A stretch of DNA of 64,000 bases from a virus. Taxonomy: Duplodnaviria; Caudoviricetes. Of the stretch, positions 26,426 to 37,423 are shown in pieces. The notes below the pieces were generated by a model. The model was not told where the DNA came from. It was given only the letters and a program-made list of their open reading frames with translations, and made no database searches. The first letter of the stretch is position 1, and every line of letters starts with the position of its first letter. Both the position numbers and the translations under genes were made by a program. Location of the stretch: IMG/VR virus record IMGVR_UViG_3300036886_000214, positions 445 to 64,444 of that record, one strand, 5' to 3'.

Positions 26426-27966
26426 GGTCTATCATCACCTACTCTGAATAATAATAATGTTTGGCCGAGTTCGTAAAAGCCACCCAGAGTATTAGATTCT
26501 ACTTTTAAAGTCATAAAGCGCCGCTGTTCGGGCGTATCAATAAATTTTGTAGTCGCATCGAAAACATAAGGAACACTCGGCTGTAATGGGCCTCTGGCAT
26601 ATTCTTGACCATTAACAGTTAGAGTTAAATCACCGCTTTGAATAAAGTCAGGTTCAACACGATATAAATCAATCCACCTATCAATACCGGTCCAATTTCC
26701 GGTTGGCCCCACAGCAGCCCAAGCTATATCCCCGGTTTGAAAATAAGCATCAATCGGAGTTAATATCCCATCAATATTTTGGTCGTATCCTGTAGGAAAT
26801 ATTACGCCACCGAGATTTAAATCTTTTCCAGTTTCATGAACCCAAGCCGAATAAGGCCCAGCAAAGTTAATATCCCCATTATCCATCCAGATAGGTTCAG
26901 CAAAGACCTGTTCATAATAACCAGAAGCTCGCCTAACGGGAGTGTCATACCAAGTCTTTTCTCGAACATTAAATACAACGGCATGATTACATTCCAAGGA
27001 ATTTCCTTTTGGGAAAAACCACCAAATTTCACCAAATTCTGGCAACTTGGCAGCCCAGACCTTTTGGCGCTGAGAATAGTTTAGATTCTGGAAAAAAAAA
27101 TTCCGGTTCATGTCATTTTTTAGTTCTAGAACGACACCTTGATATAAAAAGAATCTATCAATGCCAGCCCAGAAAAAAACGCCATCATATTCTATAACTG
27201 AACTACTTGAGAGAATGGAGCTTTCCCCTGCAATCGTATCAAAGGCAAATATAGGCTCAGGCGTTGATTGAACCAAAGTCATACGGATAAGGCTGTTCAG
27301 TGACCATAAAAGGCCGCCAGGGGAAGAATTACCCGCTCTAGTAGGCAATCCAAATACTATTTTTTGAGCGGTTGGGCGAGCCGTGTTTTGAATGGTGGTG
27401 GGGTCATTGGCAAATGAAATATTAACCAACCCATCATTACCAAATGAAATTAGAAATGGCCCAAGTACTAATATACCGCCAGAAACGCTCACACCAGTTG
27501 ATGTTAGAGGGGCAACAGAATTTAAATCCCCAAAGTAAATCGGTCTTTCTACAGTATTGGTAATATATGAAAGATTCGGTGCCGCATGTGCAATCAATTT
27601 AGTGGCCGCATTAACACGGTCATACATAATATCAAATTGCCAAATGTTATCTGCATCTACTTGGAAACCTACAGGAGTCCTATCAACCAAAGGACCAGCG
27701 ACAATACCATTTTGGTCTATGGGAAAATATTTTAAGGTCTCAAAATCGCCCAAGAAAACATTAAAGTTGGGGATGGCAGGAAATACAAATGTTTTTCTTA
27801 CAATATTTGGTAAGGCTGTGAGAAGTCTGCGATAACCCCCCATCTTTCTAGGAAGACCGCGTTGAAAACGATTCCATATACCATCAATATAATAATTACC
27901 TGCAAATTGAGTCCCATCTCGTTTAATGCCGGGTTGAGTAACAATGGGAAATAACTTACCCGCCAT
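26422..27966 (-). CDS. tail nozzle / head-closure (P22 gp10-like) protein
   Basis: PGIKRDGT, RFQRGLPRKMGG, FGEIWWFFP; beta-propeller-like; position. Confidence 0.7.
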   Translation of the reverse strand: MAGKLFPIVTQPGIKRDGTQFAGNYYIDGIWNRFQRGLPRKMGGYRRLLTALPNIVRKTFVFPAIPNFNVFLGDFETLKYFPIDQNGIVAGPLVDRTPVGFQVDADNIWQFDIMYDRVNAATKLIAHAAPNLSYITNTVERPIYFGDLNSVAPLTSTGVSVSGGILVLGPFLISFGNDGLVNISFANDPTTIQNTARPTAQKIVFGLPTRAGNSSPGGLLWSLNSLIRMTLVQSTPEPIFAFDTIAGESSILSSSSVIEYDGVFFWAGIDRFFLYQGVVLELKNDMNRNFFFQNLNYSQRQKVWAAKLPEFGEIWWFFPKGNSLECNHAVVFNVREKTWYDTPVRRASGYYEQVFAEPIWMDNGDINFAGPYSAWVHETGKDLNLGGVIFPTGYDQNIDGILTPIDAYFQTGDIAWAAVGPTGNWTGIDRWIDLYRVEPDFIQSGDLTLTVNGQEYARGPLQPSVPYVFDATTKFIDTPEQRRFMTLKVESNTLGGFYELGQTLLLFRVGDDRP

Positions 27967-28607
27967 TAATCTGAACTCCGGTCACTCGTTCTGTCCATAT
28001 AACGAAGTTGGTCTTGATTCTCAAGACTTGCAAGCGCTCTGTCATAGAGTTTTTCCCATACTGGGATACGCTCGTCATTCTTCAAGAAGGGAATGGCTTC
28101 TAAGAGGCAAGCATAAAGCAATAAATCAGGTGCATAATTCGTGAGCCAATTGGTTTGATTGGCAATAGTTAAGGGAGGGGGAAGCTCCAAAAATGCCATT
28201 TCAAATGGATAAGCAAGTGCGGGTGTTGGCGCGATTAAAAGGTGAGTATAAGAATAGTCGCAATAATACATCGGTGGATTGGCAACATTAAAAATAGTTG
28301 AATTAGGCCAATAAGAACGAACATATTCATAGGTTCTTAAATATAATTGATTGCGTGTGTTAAAATTAAAACCACTACCATAATTGAAAGTGATTGTTCT
28401 ACGCCAGCGTCCCGGCTTTGGAATTACAGAGTCCCCGGCTGTAAAAGCATTAGTCACATAACGTTCAAGACCAATGTTTTTGGACTCACGACAAATACGC
28501 TGCTCGGCCTGATAGATAAAATTGGGAATTTGCGCAATAAGAATGGCATCATATCGGTTAAGATAGTTTTCTAATTGCAAAACCAATGTATTGTACGTCA
28601 TCGTCAT
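27966..28607 (-). CDS. head-tail adaptor protein
   Basis: MTYNTL..YLNR, IPNFI.QAE.RI, TNWL..YAPDLLLYACLLEA. Confidence 0.75.
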   Translation of the reverse strand: MTMTYNTLVLQLENYLNRYDAILIAQIPNFIYQAEQRICRESKNIGLERYVTNAFTAGDSVIPKPGRWRRTITFNYGSGFNFNTRNQLYLRTYEYVRSYWPNSTIFNVANPPMYYCDYSYTHLLIAPTPALAYPFEMAFLELPPPLTIANQTNWLTNYAPDLLLYACLLEAIPFLKNDERIPVWEKLYDRALASLENQDQLRYMDRTSDRSSD

Positions 28608-28612
28608 GGTGA

Positions 28613-28912
28613 TTACCTGTCAATATTGTATCCAATGACCCAGTTAATCGGAGCATCATTGACAGCCGTTAATCTTAAATAACGATTATCTGTAATCGAC
28701 CAGGATAATGAACCTGGAAATCCAGATTGCATTGTTAAATTAATTACAGGCAAAGAAGTGATTGGATAGGCGTTAATGCCATCATTATAAACAGCTACTT
28801 GAGATGTTCCAAAGGCAGCAATCTGAGAATCTGTGGTCGTAGCACATACCCTCAATGAAACCATTAAAGGATGATATTGTGATATCGGCACAGTTAATAA
28901 TATTTGTTCCAT
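28613..28912 (-). CDS. hypothetical structural protein
   Basis: SD GGAGG; in fibre cluster. Confidence 0.55.
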   Translation of the reverse strand: MEQILLTVPISQYHPLMVSLRVCATTTDSQIAAFGTSQVAVYNDGINAYPITSLPVINLTMQSGFPGSLSWSITDNRYLRLTAVNDAPINWVIGYNIDR

Positions 28913-28924
28913 TTTTTCCTCCAG

Positions 28925-31900
28925 TTAAGCAGTCGTTGCCGTTGTGTAAAAATATTCAAAATTACATACCCATTGCACATTTGTAATGGGACTTGAAACA
29001 GTTAGTGTTAATGTGGTTCCACCAATAATTGACCAATTGGCAGTCCCCGTAAAACCGGCTGAGCCTGTAAAGGTAATCGCAGGAAAAGCACCAATGGCAT
29101 TTGCACCAGGATTAAAAAATACGCCAGTTTGAGTATCTGCAAAACCTGCCGAGGTTCCATCTCTAGTTAATCCAAGTATTTGGACTTTCACTGAAACTGC
29201 TTGTGGATTTGAGCCAGCAGGATTTGCAACAATTTGTAAACCAATTCCATTTCCACCAGTGGTTTGAACTAGATTTTGTCCCTTGAACATGTCACAGCCG
29301 GTATATCCATTTTGAATAGAATGTTGCTGCATGTTTCCGGCAAAATGTAATTGATTCAAGGGTGCGGTTATTCTGCCCAATCCCACATTAATTCCAGAGC
29401 TTCCTAAAACTATTGAGTTACTTGTTGACACTCTTGAGCCAAAGCCAATAGCGCAAGCATAAACTAAATTATTTACACTGGCATCGGCATGAGCACCAAG
29501 AAATATACAACCTGTATATTGAGTTTGTAGCTGTGCAGAGTTATAACCGATTGTCGTTGTAGCTGTGGAGTCAATAGTACTTCCTGAAGAAAGGGCCCCA
29601 GAACCTATGGTTACGTTAGAAGGACCTCGCAGGGTTTGTCCAGAATTAAATCCAACACAAACATTGTCCGAAGCAAATTGATTCTGAGTTCCAGAACCTG
29701 ACCCCAGGTAAGTATTAAATGACCCATCAATTAATAAAGAACCAGAAATAAGCCCTATTGCAGTATTGTAAGACCCCGATTGATTGGAAAATAGACTTTG
29801 CCAACCAAGCGATGTGCAATAGTTACCCGTTTGGTTGGCGGTTTGCGAAGAATGCCCTACAGCGGTGCACGCAATAGCATTACAATTTTTTAAAGCCTGA
29901 AAACCTACGGCAGTTCCAAGAATCGCTGATGAGCCTGACAACTGCATAGCTTGTGCGCCAAGAGCCGTCATTTCATCTGAAGTATTTAACGATAATGCAG
30001 CAGCACCAAGCGCAACGCAATTATTATAGGAAGCGCCAAATATACCGGCCGCCCATCCAATAATTGTATTAAATGAAGAAGAACCCAATAGACCATTGGC
30101 CGCATTATATCCTATGGCCAAAGTTCCAGTCCCATTATCGAGATTTTCAAGGCAATTAATTCCTATTCCTATGCACTGGGTTGCCGAAACGGATTGATTC
30201 ATCGCATTATTTCCGATGGCGATATTTAAATTTGCAGTGCTCTTTTCAAGAGATCCGGTTCCTATAGCCATTGAATCCATTGAAGAAATAGTTAAAAATA
30301 AAGCGCCAGTACCATACGCAAGACAACGAATTGCAGTTTGTGCCGCTCTTAAAACCTCAAAGCCAACTCCTGTGTTATCAGTTCCAGTTGTAAGATTTGT
30401 CATTCCACCAATAGTAAAACCATGGTTGTCACCGCCTGTCATTGTGGCATTTCCACCGGGTGTACCCATAAACAAGTTTTGAGTTACACCATGGGTATCT
30501 CTTAAAAACGTAGGGTTGCCAGGACTATAGAAACCCGTACCAGGAGAAACAATGCTTAAGACACCGAATGCATTGTTAAATAAAATTCCTACACCCAATG
30601 CAGATAATTCTTGAACATCAGGTCCATTTACACCAGATGATTTAGCTTTAACAACAAATTGACCGCTTCCTAGATTGTTCGATGCTGTTGTAGCTAATGC
30701 AAAAGCAGATGCAGCAGTTGCAGCGGCTCCAGTAGCAACTATTGTTGTAGCTGCAAGTCTTGCCTGAACGCCAACAAGAGGTGCATTAAGCGCTAAGTTA
30801 ATAGCAGCAACTTGCCCTTGTAAAGCAGTAATTTGTCCCTGGATAGTAGTTATTTGACCTTGAATAGTCGTAATCTGGCTTTGAACAGTTTGGAACGAAG
30901 CAACGGTAACGTAATCTATCCCAGGGACAGCACCAGTAAGAGTACCAGTACCACCAATTTGAATTTTCTTGATTAAAACGCTGCCAGGAGGTGTTGGAAT
31001 AGGAATTTGCGGTGCAATAATTAGCGAAAGATTTTGCGAATTAGGCAAATTCGCATTTGCACTTCCAATAACATAAGTAGCATCTGCCGGGGCTCCGCCA
31101 CCCGCACCAAAAGCAACCCATTGGGTTCCAGTGTATCCTTCAAAGGCGCTAACACTTAAATTGAATCGAAACATTCCGGGAAGAGCAAGAAGCGGTCTTT
31201 GCGCCTGTGAGCCGCGAGGAACTGTCACAGCACCATTAAGGGGAATAATAGGGTCGTTTGCAATAGATATGGTTGGACTTCCTAATGCACCATTACCATT
31301 AATAACGGTTATTTGACTTAAGGTACCCTGTATCGTTGATTGCGTATAAACGCCTGGACCAGTTCTCGTGACTAAGCCATTTGTAGCAGCTAAAGATAAA
31401 CCTTGAAGCTCTGCATTTAAACCAATATTGATGACACCGGCGGCAACGATTGGATTAAATGGAGTCACATTAACTGTCAAGCCAGTACTTACCGAAGATG
31501 CACCTACAGAAATGACTGTCCCAGGAGGAACAATTCCAGAAAATAAATTTCTCCATGCGCCATTAATATAAGCTTCGACTTGATTAGAGGTGGTGTTATA
31601 CCGGATCATGCCATTATGAGGAAATAATGGATAATTTAATACATTGCCTATAGGCAAAGTAATACCGTGTGTACCAGGCATTATGGCATTATCTGCAATG
31701 GAAAATGTTGGGTTACCTAAAATTCCATCTAAATTTAAAATATTAATTTGGTTCGCTGTTGCTACTAAAGCACGATTTACATAAGTGCCTGTACCCGTTC
31801 TATATACACCCCCTAAGCCAAGATTTGGCCCAGCAGAGGATAATTGAGATAGACCCTGTAATTCGGCACCTAAATTAAAAGTAAACGTACCAGAGCCCGT

Positions 31901-32758
31901 TATTGGCGAGCCAGTAATAGTTAATCCGTGGCTTCCCCCAGGAACAACCGCAGCAACCGAAGTAACGCTACCACCAGTACCTAATGATTGCCATAAACCA
32001 TTTTGATATACATCGAAGGTATTTGTATCGAGGTTATAAATTATCATTCCGTTTTCAGAATCTAACAGATTTCGACTATCTGTATGCATACGGGAAATGA
32101 GTAAAGCGCCAACATCCGAGCTCAATTCTAAAAGTGCTGAAACGGTGGTGGGAGCTTTTTGTAATCCGTCAGTAATTAATACTGTGTGCTCATAGGGACT
32201 GCTAAAATCAGTAAAAAAACCCATTATTATTGAATCTGTATCTAAGCCATTATTGTGGGCTAATATTAATCCAACATCGGATTTGTAAGAAATAATATCT
32301 ATTTCGCTTACCTCAGTAACGTTTAGTGATGTGAAACCAGCACCAAGAGGAGGTGGAACTAAAGCAATATTGACACCGCTATCTTGCAAGACTTTACCCG
32401 AAGCATCGGCAAAGGTAGCAATATTATTAGGAACGGCACCTGGCGGCCCAGTAACATCACCATTTCCAGCGCCAAGCAAAATCCATGCGCCATTCTCATA
32501 AAGATTGAACATGTGGGTTGTTAGGTTATAGACAATCATGCCATCCGTAACAACCATCGAATCACGTTCACCCTCAGTCAAACGAGATATTAACAACGCG
32601 CCGTTATCAGATTGAATTTCTAAAGAAGCGGAGACAGGAAACCCATCAACCTTAGTTAATTTAGGTGTAGAATCGGTTCCAGCATCGGGCGTATTAATCG
32701 TATCACCGATTAACACACCCGTTGTGAATGTAGTTGGCGAATTTAAATTTAATGCCAT
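28925..32758 (-). CDS. large tail fibre / adhesin-like protein
   Basis: 1277 aa; GMIRYN modules, IQGQITT heptads, ~14-aa NxAIG/xAVG beta-roll repeats. Confidence 0.8.
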   Translation of the reverse strand: MALNLNSPTTFTTGVLIGDTINTPDAGTDSTPKLTKVDGFPVSASLEIQSDNGALLISRLTEGERDSMVVTDGMIVYNLTTHMFNLYENGAWILLGAGNGDVTGPPGAVPNNIATFADASGKVLQDSGVNIALVPPPLGAGFTSLNVTEVSEIDIISYKSDVGLILAHNNGLDTDSIIMGFFTDFSSPYEHTVLITDGLQKAPTTVSALLELSSDVGALLISRMHTDSRNLLDSENGMIIYNLDTNTFDVYQNGLWQSLGTGGSVTSVAAVVPGGSHGLTITGSPITGSGTFTFNLGAELQGLSQLSSAGPNLGLGGVYRTGTGTYVNRALVATANQINILNLDGILGNPTFSIADNAIMPGTHGITLPIGNVLNYPLFPHNGMIRYNTTSNQVEAYINGAWRNLFSGIVPPGTVISVGASSVSTGLTVNVTPFNPIVAAGVINIGLNAELQGLSLAATNGLVTRTGPGVYTQSTIQGTLSQITVINGNGALGSPTISIANDPIIPLNGAVTVPRGSQAQRPLLALPGMFRFNLSVSAFEGYTGTQWVAFGAGGGAPADATYVIGSANANLPNSQNLSLIIAPQIPIPTPPGSVLIKKIQIGGTGTLTGAVPGIDYVTVASFQTVQSQITTIQGQITTIQGQITALQGQVAAINLALNAPLVGVQARLAATTIVATGAAATAASAFALATTASNNLGSGQFVVKAKSSGVNGPDVQELSALGVGILFNNAFGVLSIVSPGTGFYSPGNPTFLRDTHGVTQNLFMGTPGGNATMTGGDNHGFTIGGMTNLTTGTDNTGVGFEVLRAAQTAIRCLAYGTGALFLTISSMDSMAIGTGSLEKSTANLNIAIGNNAMNQSVSATQCIGIGINCLENLDNGTGTLAIGYNAANGLLGSSSFNTIIGWAAGIFGASYNNCVALGAAALSLNTSDEMTALGAQAMQLSGSSAILGTAVGFQALKNCNAIACTAVGHSSQTANQTGNYCTSLGWQSLFSNQSGSYNTAIGLISGSLLIDGSFNTYLGSGSGTQNQFASDNVCVGFNSGQTLRGPSNVTIGSGALSSGSTIDSTATTTIGYNSAQLQTQYTGCIFLGAHADASVNNLVYACAIGFGSRVSTSNSIVLGSSGINVGLGRITAPLNQLHFAGNMQQHSIQNGYTGCDMFKGQNLVQTTGGNGIGLQIVANPAGSNPQAVSVKVQILGLTRDGTSAGFADTQTGVFFNPGANAIGAFPAITFTGSAGFTGTANWSIIGGTTLTLTVSSPITNVQWVCNFEYFYTTATTA

Positions 32759-32778
32759 TTGTTACATCCTTGTAACGA

Positions 32779-34257
32779 TTAAAACGGTGCCAATACAGTC
32801 CTTGTTGTGCTTCCTTGATAGACCAATGCACCAGTATTATCAATATAGAGAATACCGAATCCGGCGGCTGGAGCCGCGGGATCAGCAGCACCATTGGTTT
32901 GCATCTTGATGGCACAATTACCACCCACTTGAAGCATATCTAATGCAAAAGCAGGCGAAGGTTGATTAATACCAACGTTGCAATTTAAGCCGAGCACCAT
33001 TGAATTGCTTAAGGTTACTTGCGTACCTGCACCAATGGCGGTAGCATTTGTCAAACCGGTAAGGGTTGCGTCAGCATTAGCGCCAAGAAGGGTACAGGAT
33101 ATATAACCGGCTCTTAAAGCCCCGGCATTTGCACCAACAGCAACAGTATTAGCATTAAGAATTCCATTCGCTAAAGTAAGCGAATGATACCCTAGAGCAG
33201 TGCAAGAGTTTCCAGTTTGTTCTGATAACATACTTCCTGCACCGATTGCAGTGTTGTCAGACGCAAGTACGCCATGAAGCGCATTCAATGCGCCTGCACC
33301 AAGGGCGGTTAGATTACCAGCGCTGGTATTAGCTTGCAAAGCGCCCGCGCCGACCCCAGTATTTTCTGAACCGGTATTGGCGGTTAGAACTAAAGCGCCG
33401 ACTCCTGTATTATTGATTGCGATCGTATTGGCCGCTAAACATTGGAATCCGACTGCCGTGCAATCATTTGCTGTATTTAAAGTTAATGCTTGATGCCCTA
33501 TAGCTACGCATTGAATTGCTCCAATAGCAGTAAATAAAGCTGCGGTTCCTATTGCTATATTAGCGCTCGCATCTGAATTAAATAAAGCAGTAGCTCCAAT
33601 AGCAATATTATTATTTTGAGTGGTTATAGAGATTCCGCTAGCTTGGCCCAATAACACGTTGGTAGAGCCAGTACTTAAATTTGCACCTGCTTGAAATCCC
33701 AGCGTAGAATTTCCTACGCCCGTCGTTAAATTTTTCTGAGATTCTACGCCTATTCCAGTATTTGAATTTCCTGCAACAACCGCTAAAGGAGTATCTAGCC
33801 CTAAAAATAAGTTATTTGTAGTGCCAAATGTATCCACTAAATTCGTAAGCGTTGCATTAGGCAAAGCAGCAGTAGGTTGAGTAATTACATAAAATGCATT
33901 ACTAGGAGCACCAGCAACACCAGACTCAATAACCTGCCAAGCACCAGCTTGTCGCATTAAGAATTCGCCCAAATCGGAACGGTAAATAATCATTCCATCT
34001 ACAGAGAATGGATCTAAAGCAGCAAATTGGGGTGCATTTATTCTGGAGAGCAACATAGCCCCTTTTGAAGATTGGATTTCAATACCAGCACAACAGGGTT
34101 GACCCGTTTGTGGTCCGGTGGGAACTTTAGTTAAAGTAGGCAAAATATCATTAGAACCTTGCGGATTAGCGATAGTATCGCCTACCAGAAAGGCTGTAGT
34201 TAAAGTAGTAGGCGAAATAAAGTTAATGGTCATAAATCTCTCCCTGAGATAATCCAA
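32779..34257 (-). CDS. fibre protein with NTAxG repeats
   Basis: Shares N-terminal domain with 28925..32758; likely start MTINF at 34233. Confidence 0.75.
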   Translation of the reverse strand: MDYLRERFMTINFISPTTLTTAFLVGDTIANPQGSNDILPTLTKVPTGPQTGQPCCAGIEIQSSKGAMLLSRINAPQFAALDPFSVDGMIIYRSDLGEFLMRQAGAWQVIESGVAGAPSNAFYVITQPTAALPNATLTNLVDTFGTTNNLFLGLDTPLAVVAGNSNTGIGVESQKNLTTGVGNSTLGFQAGANLSTGSTNVLLGQASGISITTQNNNIAIGATALFNSDASANIAIGTAALFTAIGAIQCVAIGHQALTLNTANDCTAVGFQCLAANTIAINNTGVGALVLTANTGSENTGVGAGALQANTSAGNLTALGAGALNALHGVLASDNTAIGAGSMLSEQTGNSCTALGYHSLTLANGILNANTVAVGANAGALRAGYISCTLLGANADATLTGLTNATAIGAGTQVTLSNSMVLGLNCNVGINQPSPAFALDMLQVGGNCAIKMQTNGAADPAAPAAGFGILYIDNTGALVYQGSTTRTVLAPF

Positions 34258-34308
34258 GCAAAATCCAATTGCTTAATGTATAAAAAAATTTAATTCAGCT
34301 CAAAGTGT

Positions 34309-34554
34309 TTAGGTTCCAAGATCATTCAAGGTTACGTTTCCGCTCTTGCTGTCTATAATAGGATTAAACATTTTCAAAACGCCACTTTGATATTGAACAA
34401 AAACAACATTTAAAGTGGTGGGGTCAACCGATAAATCATTAAAATATGAAATATCCACATAACCCGGATTAATAATAGTTCCAAAATCATCTGTCGTTGA
34501 AATATAAACTTCATTTCCACCTGGTCTTAAAAAATCAACTGATAAAATTCCCAT
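34309..34554 (-). CDS. hypothetical structural protein
   Basis: SD AGGAG; in module. Confidence 0.55.
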   Translation of the reverse strand: MGILSVDFLRPGGNEVYISTTDDFGTIINPGYVDISYFNDLSVDPTTLNVVFVQYQSGVLKMFNPIIDSKSGNVTLNDLGT

Positions 34555-34569
34555 AAATTTGCTCCTATA

Positions 34570-35580
34570 TTAAATTACCCATTCAATGATTAATTGTCCT
34601 GTGACACCATCAGTCCCGGCAGATCCATTTCCACCCGCAGAACCCGTAACAGCTAATAAACCTCCGCCGCCGCCGCCGCCTCCACCAAATCCACCAGCTC
34701 CTCCTGTAGGAACAGCGGTTGCTGATGGCGCATTTCCACCGTTTGCTCCGCTTGCGCCTCCATTTCCTCCATGGGTCGTTACTTGAGCATTAATATCTGT
34801 ATCACCGCCCTGTACACCACCTCCAGCGCCGCCACCGCCGCCTCCACCTGCACCGCCTGCTGTACCACCAGAACCTAGTGATGCACTTAAACTAAAAGGA
34901 CTTGTAGCTTGTCCATTTGCATCTCCAGTACTTCCTGTTCCTCCCGCATTGTTGGCGGTCCCACCGCTTCCACCAGGGCCACCAATTAATCCTAAAATAC
35001 TTGTTCCTGATGTCCCGGCAGTTCCCGTAGTGCTTAAGCCACCAGCATGTCCAATTGCTCCACTTCCTCCACCAATCCATGTAACAAGACTGTGAAAAGA
35101 AGTCGAACCACCATCTGTACCTAAACTTCCATTTGTACCTGTAGCACCGGCAGCATTGGCAACAGCTCCAAGTCCATGAGCACCACCTGTACCAGCAGCG
35201 CCAACTGTTATGTTATAGGTGTTTCCAGGAATAACCGTAAATCCCAAAACACTATAAGAAATGCATGAACCTCCTGGCCCACCGCCTCCGCCTCCACGAG
35301 CTGCGGTAGTAGTAGAACCACCGCCACCTCCGCTGCCGCCTGCACCACCACCAGAACCCCCGCGACCTGATAAATTAATAACAGTAACGCCAGTGGGTGC
35401 CGTCCAAGTTCCATTAGAGGTAAATGTTTGAGATTGGAGAGTAGCTTTATTAGTTACATTTAAACCGGTTGGAGTTGTGCTGTCATACACAGGAATTTGA
35501 CCATCGGTTCCTGCTGGTAAAATTCCAAATTGATTATTTGAACCACTTCCAGATACAATATCGCCTTTATTTATAGTCAT
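34570..35580 (-). CDS. glycine-rich fibre protein
   Basis: FTSNGTWTAPTGVT..GGSGGG..VIPGNTYNITVGAAG glycine-rich domain. Confidence 0.75.
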   Translation of the reverse strand: MTINKGDIVSGSGSNNQFGILPAGTDGQIPVYDSTTPTGLNVTNKATLQSQTFTSNGTWTAPTGVTVINLSGRGGSGGGAGGSGGGGGSTTTAARGGGGGGPGGSCISYSVLGFTVIPGNTYNITVGAAGTGGAHGLGAVANAAGATGTNGSLGTDGGSTSFHSLVTWIGGGSGAIGHAGGLSTTGTAGTSGTSILGLIGGPGGSGGTANNAGGTGSTGDANGQATSPFSLSASLGSGGTAGGAGGGGGGGAGGGVQGGDTDINAQVTTHGGNGGASGANGGNAPSATAVPTGGAGGFGGGGGGGGGLLAVTGSAGGNGSAGTDGVTGQLIIEWVI

Positions 35581-35590
35581 ATATTACCCC

Positions 35591-36808
35591 TTATGCTGGC
35601 TCAAATATTTCATAAGCCACAACACCCGCATCTGTATTAAGAAAAGATGTAATAATAAATCCAACGCCTGGATTTCCTACCGCTCTTAAAGAACCAACAA
35701 CTCCATTGTCTTGAGAGGTCAGAAAAATACGTGAATTCGCAGTGATTGATGTATTGGCGACCGTCACAGTTCCCGCAGCCAAAGTAGCAACACCTTGTTT
35801 TCCGTTCGCCGCTTCAGACACTAGGAGACCTTTGGATTTAAATGTTGCATTGCTACCATCGAGGATACCGGCGGTGTGCCAGTCTAAATTAATAGTTACA
35901 CCATTATTTGCATATAAACTTCTATTTCTAAAATCAAGAGAAATATTACCTGGGTAGTCGTAGAGCTGACGGAAAAATTGAGTGAAACTAATGGCTAAAG
36001 CGCCCGTTTCATCAATCAATTGCCTATTGTCCCAATCTAACGAAATAACAGATGAGCTATCGGTTAATGTCCTGTTAATGGTACTAGTTCCCCCATTGGC
36101 AACAGCAACTACGCCAGTGAGTGATATGTTGGGGGTTGCGCCTCCACTCGACGCTAATGGAGAAGACGCTGTTACATTAGTAACGCCGCCAACAGAAGCA
36201 ATGGAAGCCAACGATAGATTTCCTGCTCCATCGGTAGTCATTACATAGTTTGCAGGGGCATCAGAATTCGGAAATCTCAATAGCGCAGACCCTAAAAGTA
36301 AATGTCCGGTTCCTTTACCAGTTATTCTAAAATCAACATTTAGATCAGTTCCAGCCGGGAACATTCTAATTGGAGCGCCAGTGGCACTTGGCTGAACTAA
36401 TATAGTATTAACAATAGTGCCGCCTGGATTTAGAATATTAAATAAATCGCCATTACCTGCGCTGAAATTGTAGCCACCAATTCCCTGGGTTAAAAAACCA
36501 CCACCAACATCGGTGTCAGAACCAAGGAATTTTATTAGGGGAAGATTGCCTGTTGATGCTCCTTGAGCCGCGGGGAAATTTACAGTGGAGGCACCGCCAT
36601 CTAAGATTTCGAATTGTGTGCCATTCAATGTGCCGAAAACGGTTTGAGTATTACTTGAGTAGTCTATTTTTACTGTTGTTCCGTTAGCGGAAAATACTTG
36701 TCTATTTTGCCAATCTGTTGATAAATTTGATGTGCCATCAATCAGTTGACGATTTACACCATCAACTGACCCCTTAATAACATTATTGATAACTGTATTT
36801 GTAGTCAT
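35591..36808 (-). CDS. tail fibre-like protein
   Basis: SxDWxNRQL repeats; VTASSPLASSGGATPNIS. Confidence 0.7.
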   Translation of the reverse strand: MTTNTVINNVIKGSVDGVNRQLIDGTSNLSTDWQNRQVFSANGTTVKIDYSSNTQTVFGTLNGTQFEILDGGASTVNFPAAQGASTGNLPLIKFLGSDTDVGGGFLTQGIGGYNFSAGNGDLFNILNPGGTIVNTILVQPSATGAPIRMFPAGTDLNVDFRITGKGTGHLLLGSALLRFPNSDAPANYVMTTDGAGNLSLASIASVGGVTNVTASSPLASSGGATPNISLTGVVAVANGGTSTINRTLTDSSSVISLDWDNRQLIDETGALAISFTQFFRQLYDYPGNISLDFRNRSLYANNGVTINLDWHTAGILDGSNATFKSKGLLVSEAANGKQGVATLAAGTVTVANTSITANSRIFLTSQDNGVVGSLRAVGNPGVGFIITSFLNTDAGVVAYEIFEPA

Positions 36809-36820
36809 AAAGTTTAGCCT

Positions 36821-37411
36821 TTAAACAACAGTTAAATTACCAACCGCATCAGCCACAGACCAAAGAGTTGAAGCTCCTGAAGTAATACATCTCAGGCCCA
36901 CATTATCCCATTGGTTTGTTGAGGATAGACTACCAGCAACACCTACAGTGGTTGTTTGATTTCCAAATTGAATAGATTGGCTAGCATTTTGCGCGATTGT
37001 CCAACCTCCGGCGCCTTTACCCATAATTACAATTTCATCACCGACTGAAGCGGTTGCCGGAAGAGTTAAGGTTACTAATCCAGCGTTATTTGCTACATAA
37101 CCATTGTTAACAGAAATTGCCTGAGAAGTACCAACGACGGTTGTCCAACCTAAACCACCTGCCACAGCAGAAATGGTTAATGTACCAGCGCCAGTTGTAA
37201 CCGAAATTCCAAGACCAGCAGATATGACAGTAGCGACAGGATCAACTCCAGTACTACCAATTAACATTTGACCATTAGTTAATACAATTGGATTTACAGC
37301 CGATGCGCCTTCTCCAACTAAAATTCCGTGTGCAGTAGGACTTGCGACACCTAACCCCCCTTGTGTTGCTGAGAGAGGAAAGGGTGCATTGACTGCGTTA
37401 TTTGTGGCCAT
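36821..37411 (-). CDS. fibre-associated structural protein
   Basis: C-terminal domain (TLP..GD.I...G.G...I.Q...Q.IQFGNQTT) shared with 37424..38056. Confidence 0.65.
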   Translation of the reverse strand: MATNNAVNAPFPLSATQGGLGVASPTAHGILVGEGASAVNPIVLTNGQMLIGSTGVDPVATVISAGLGISVTTGAGTLTISAVAGGLGWTTVVGTSQAISVNNGYVANNAGLVTLTLPATASVGDEIVIMGKGAGGWTIAQNASQSIQFGNQTTTVGVAGSLSSTNQWDNVGLRCITSGASTLWSVADAVGNLTVV

Positions 37412-37423
37412 GAATATACTCCT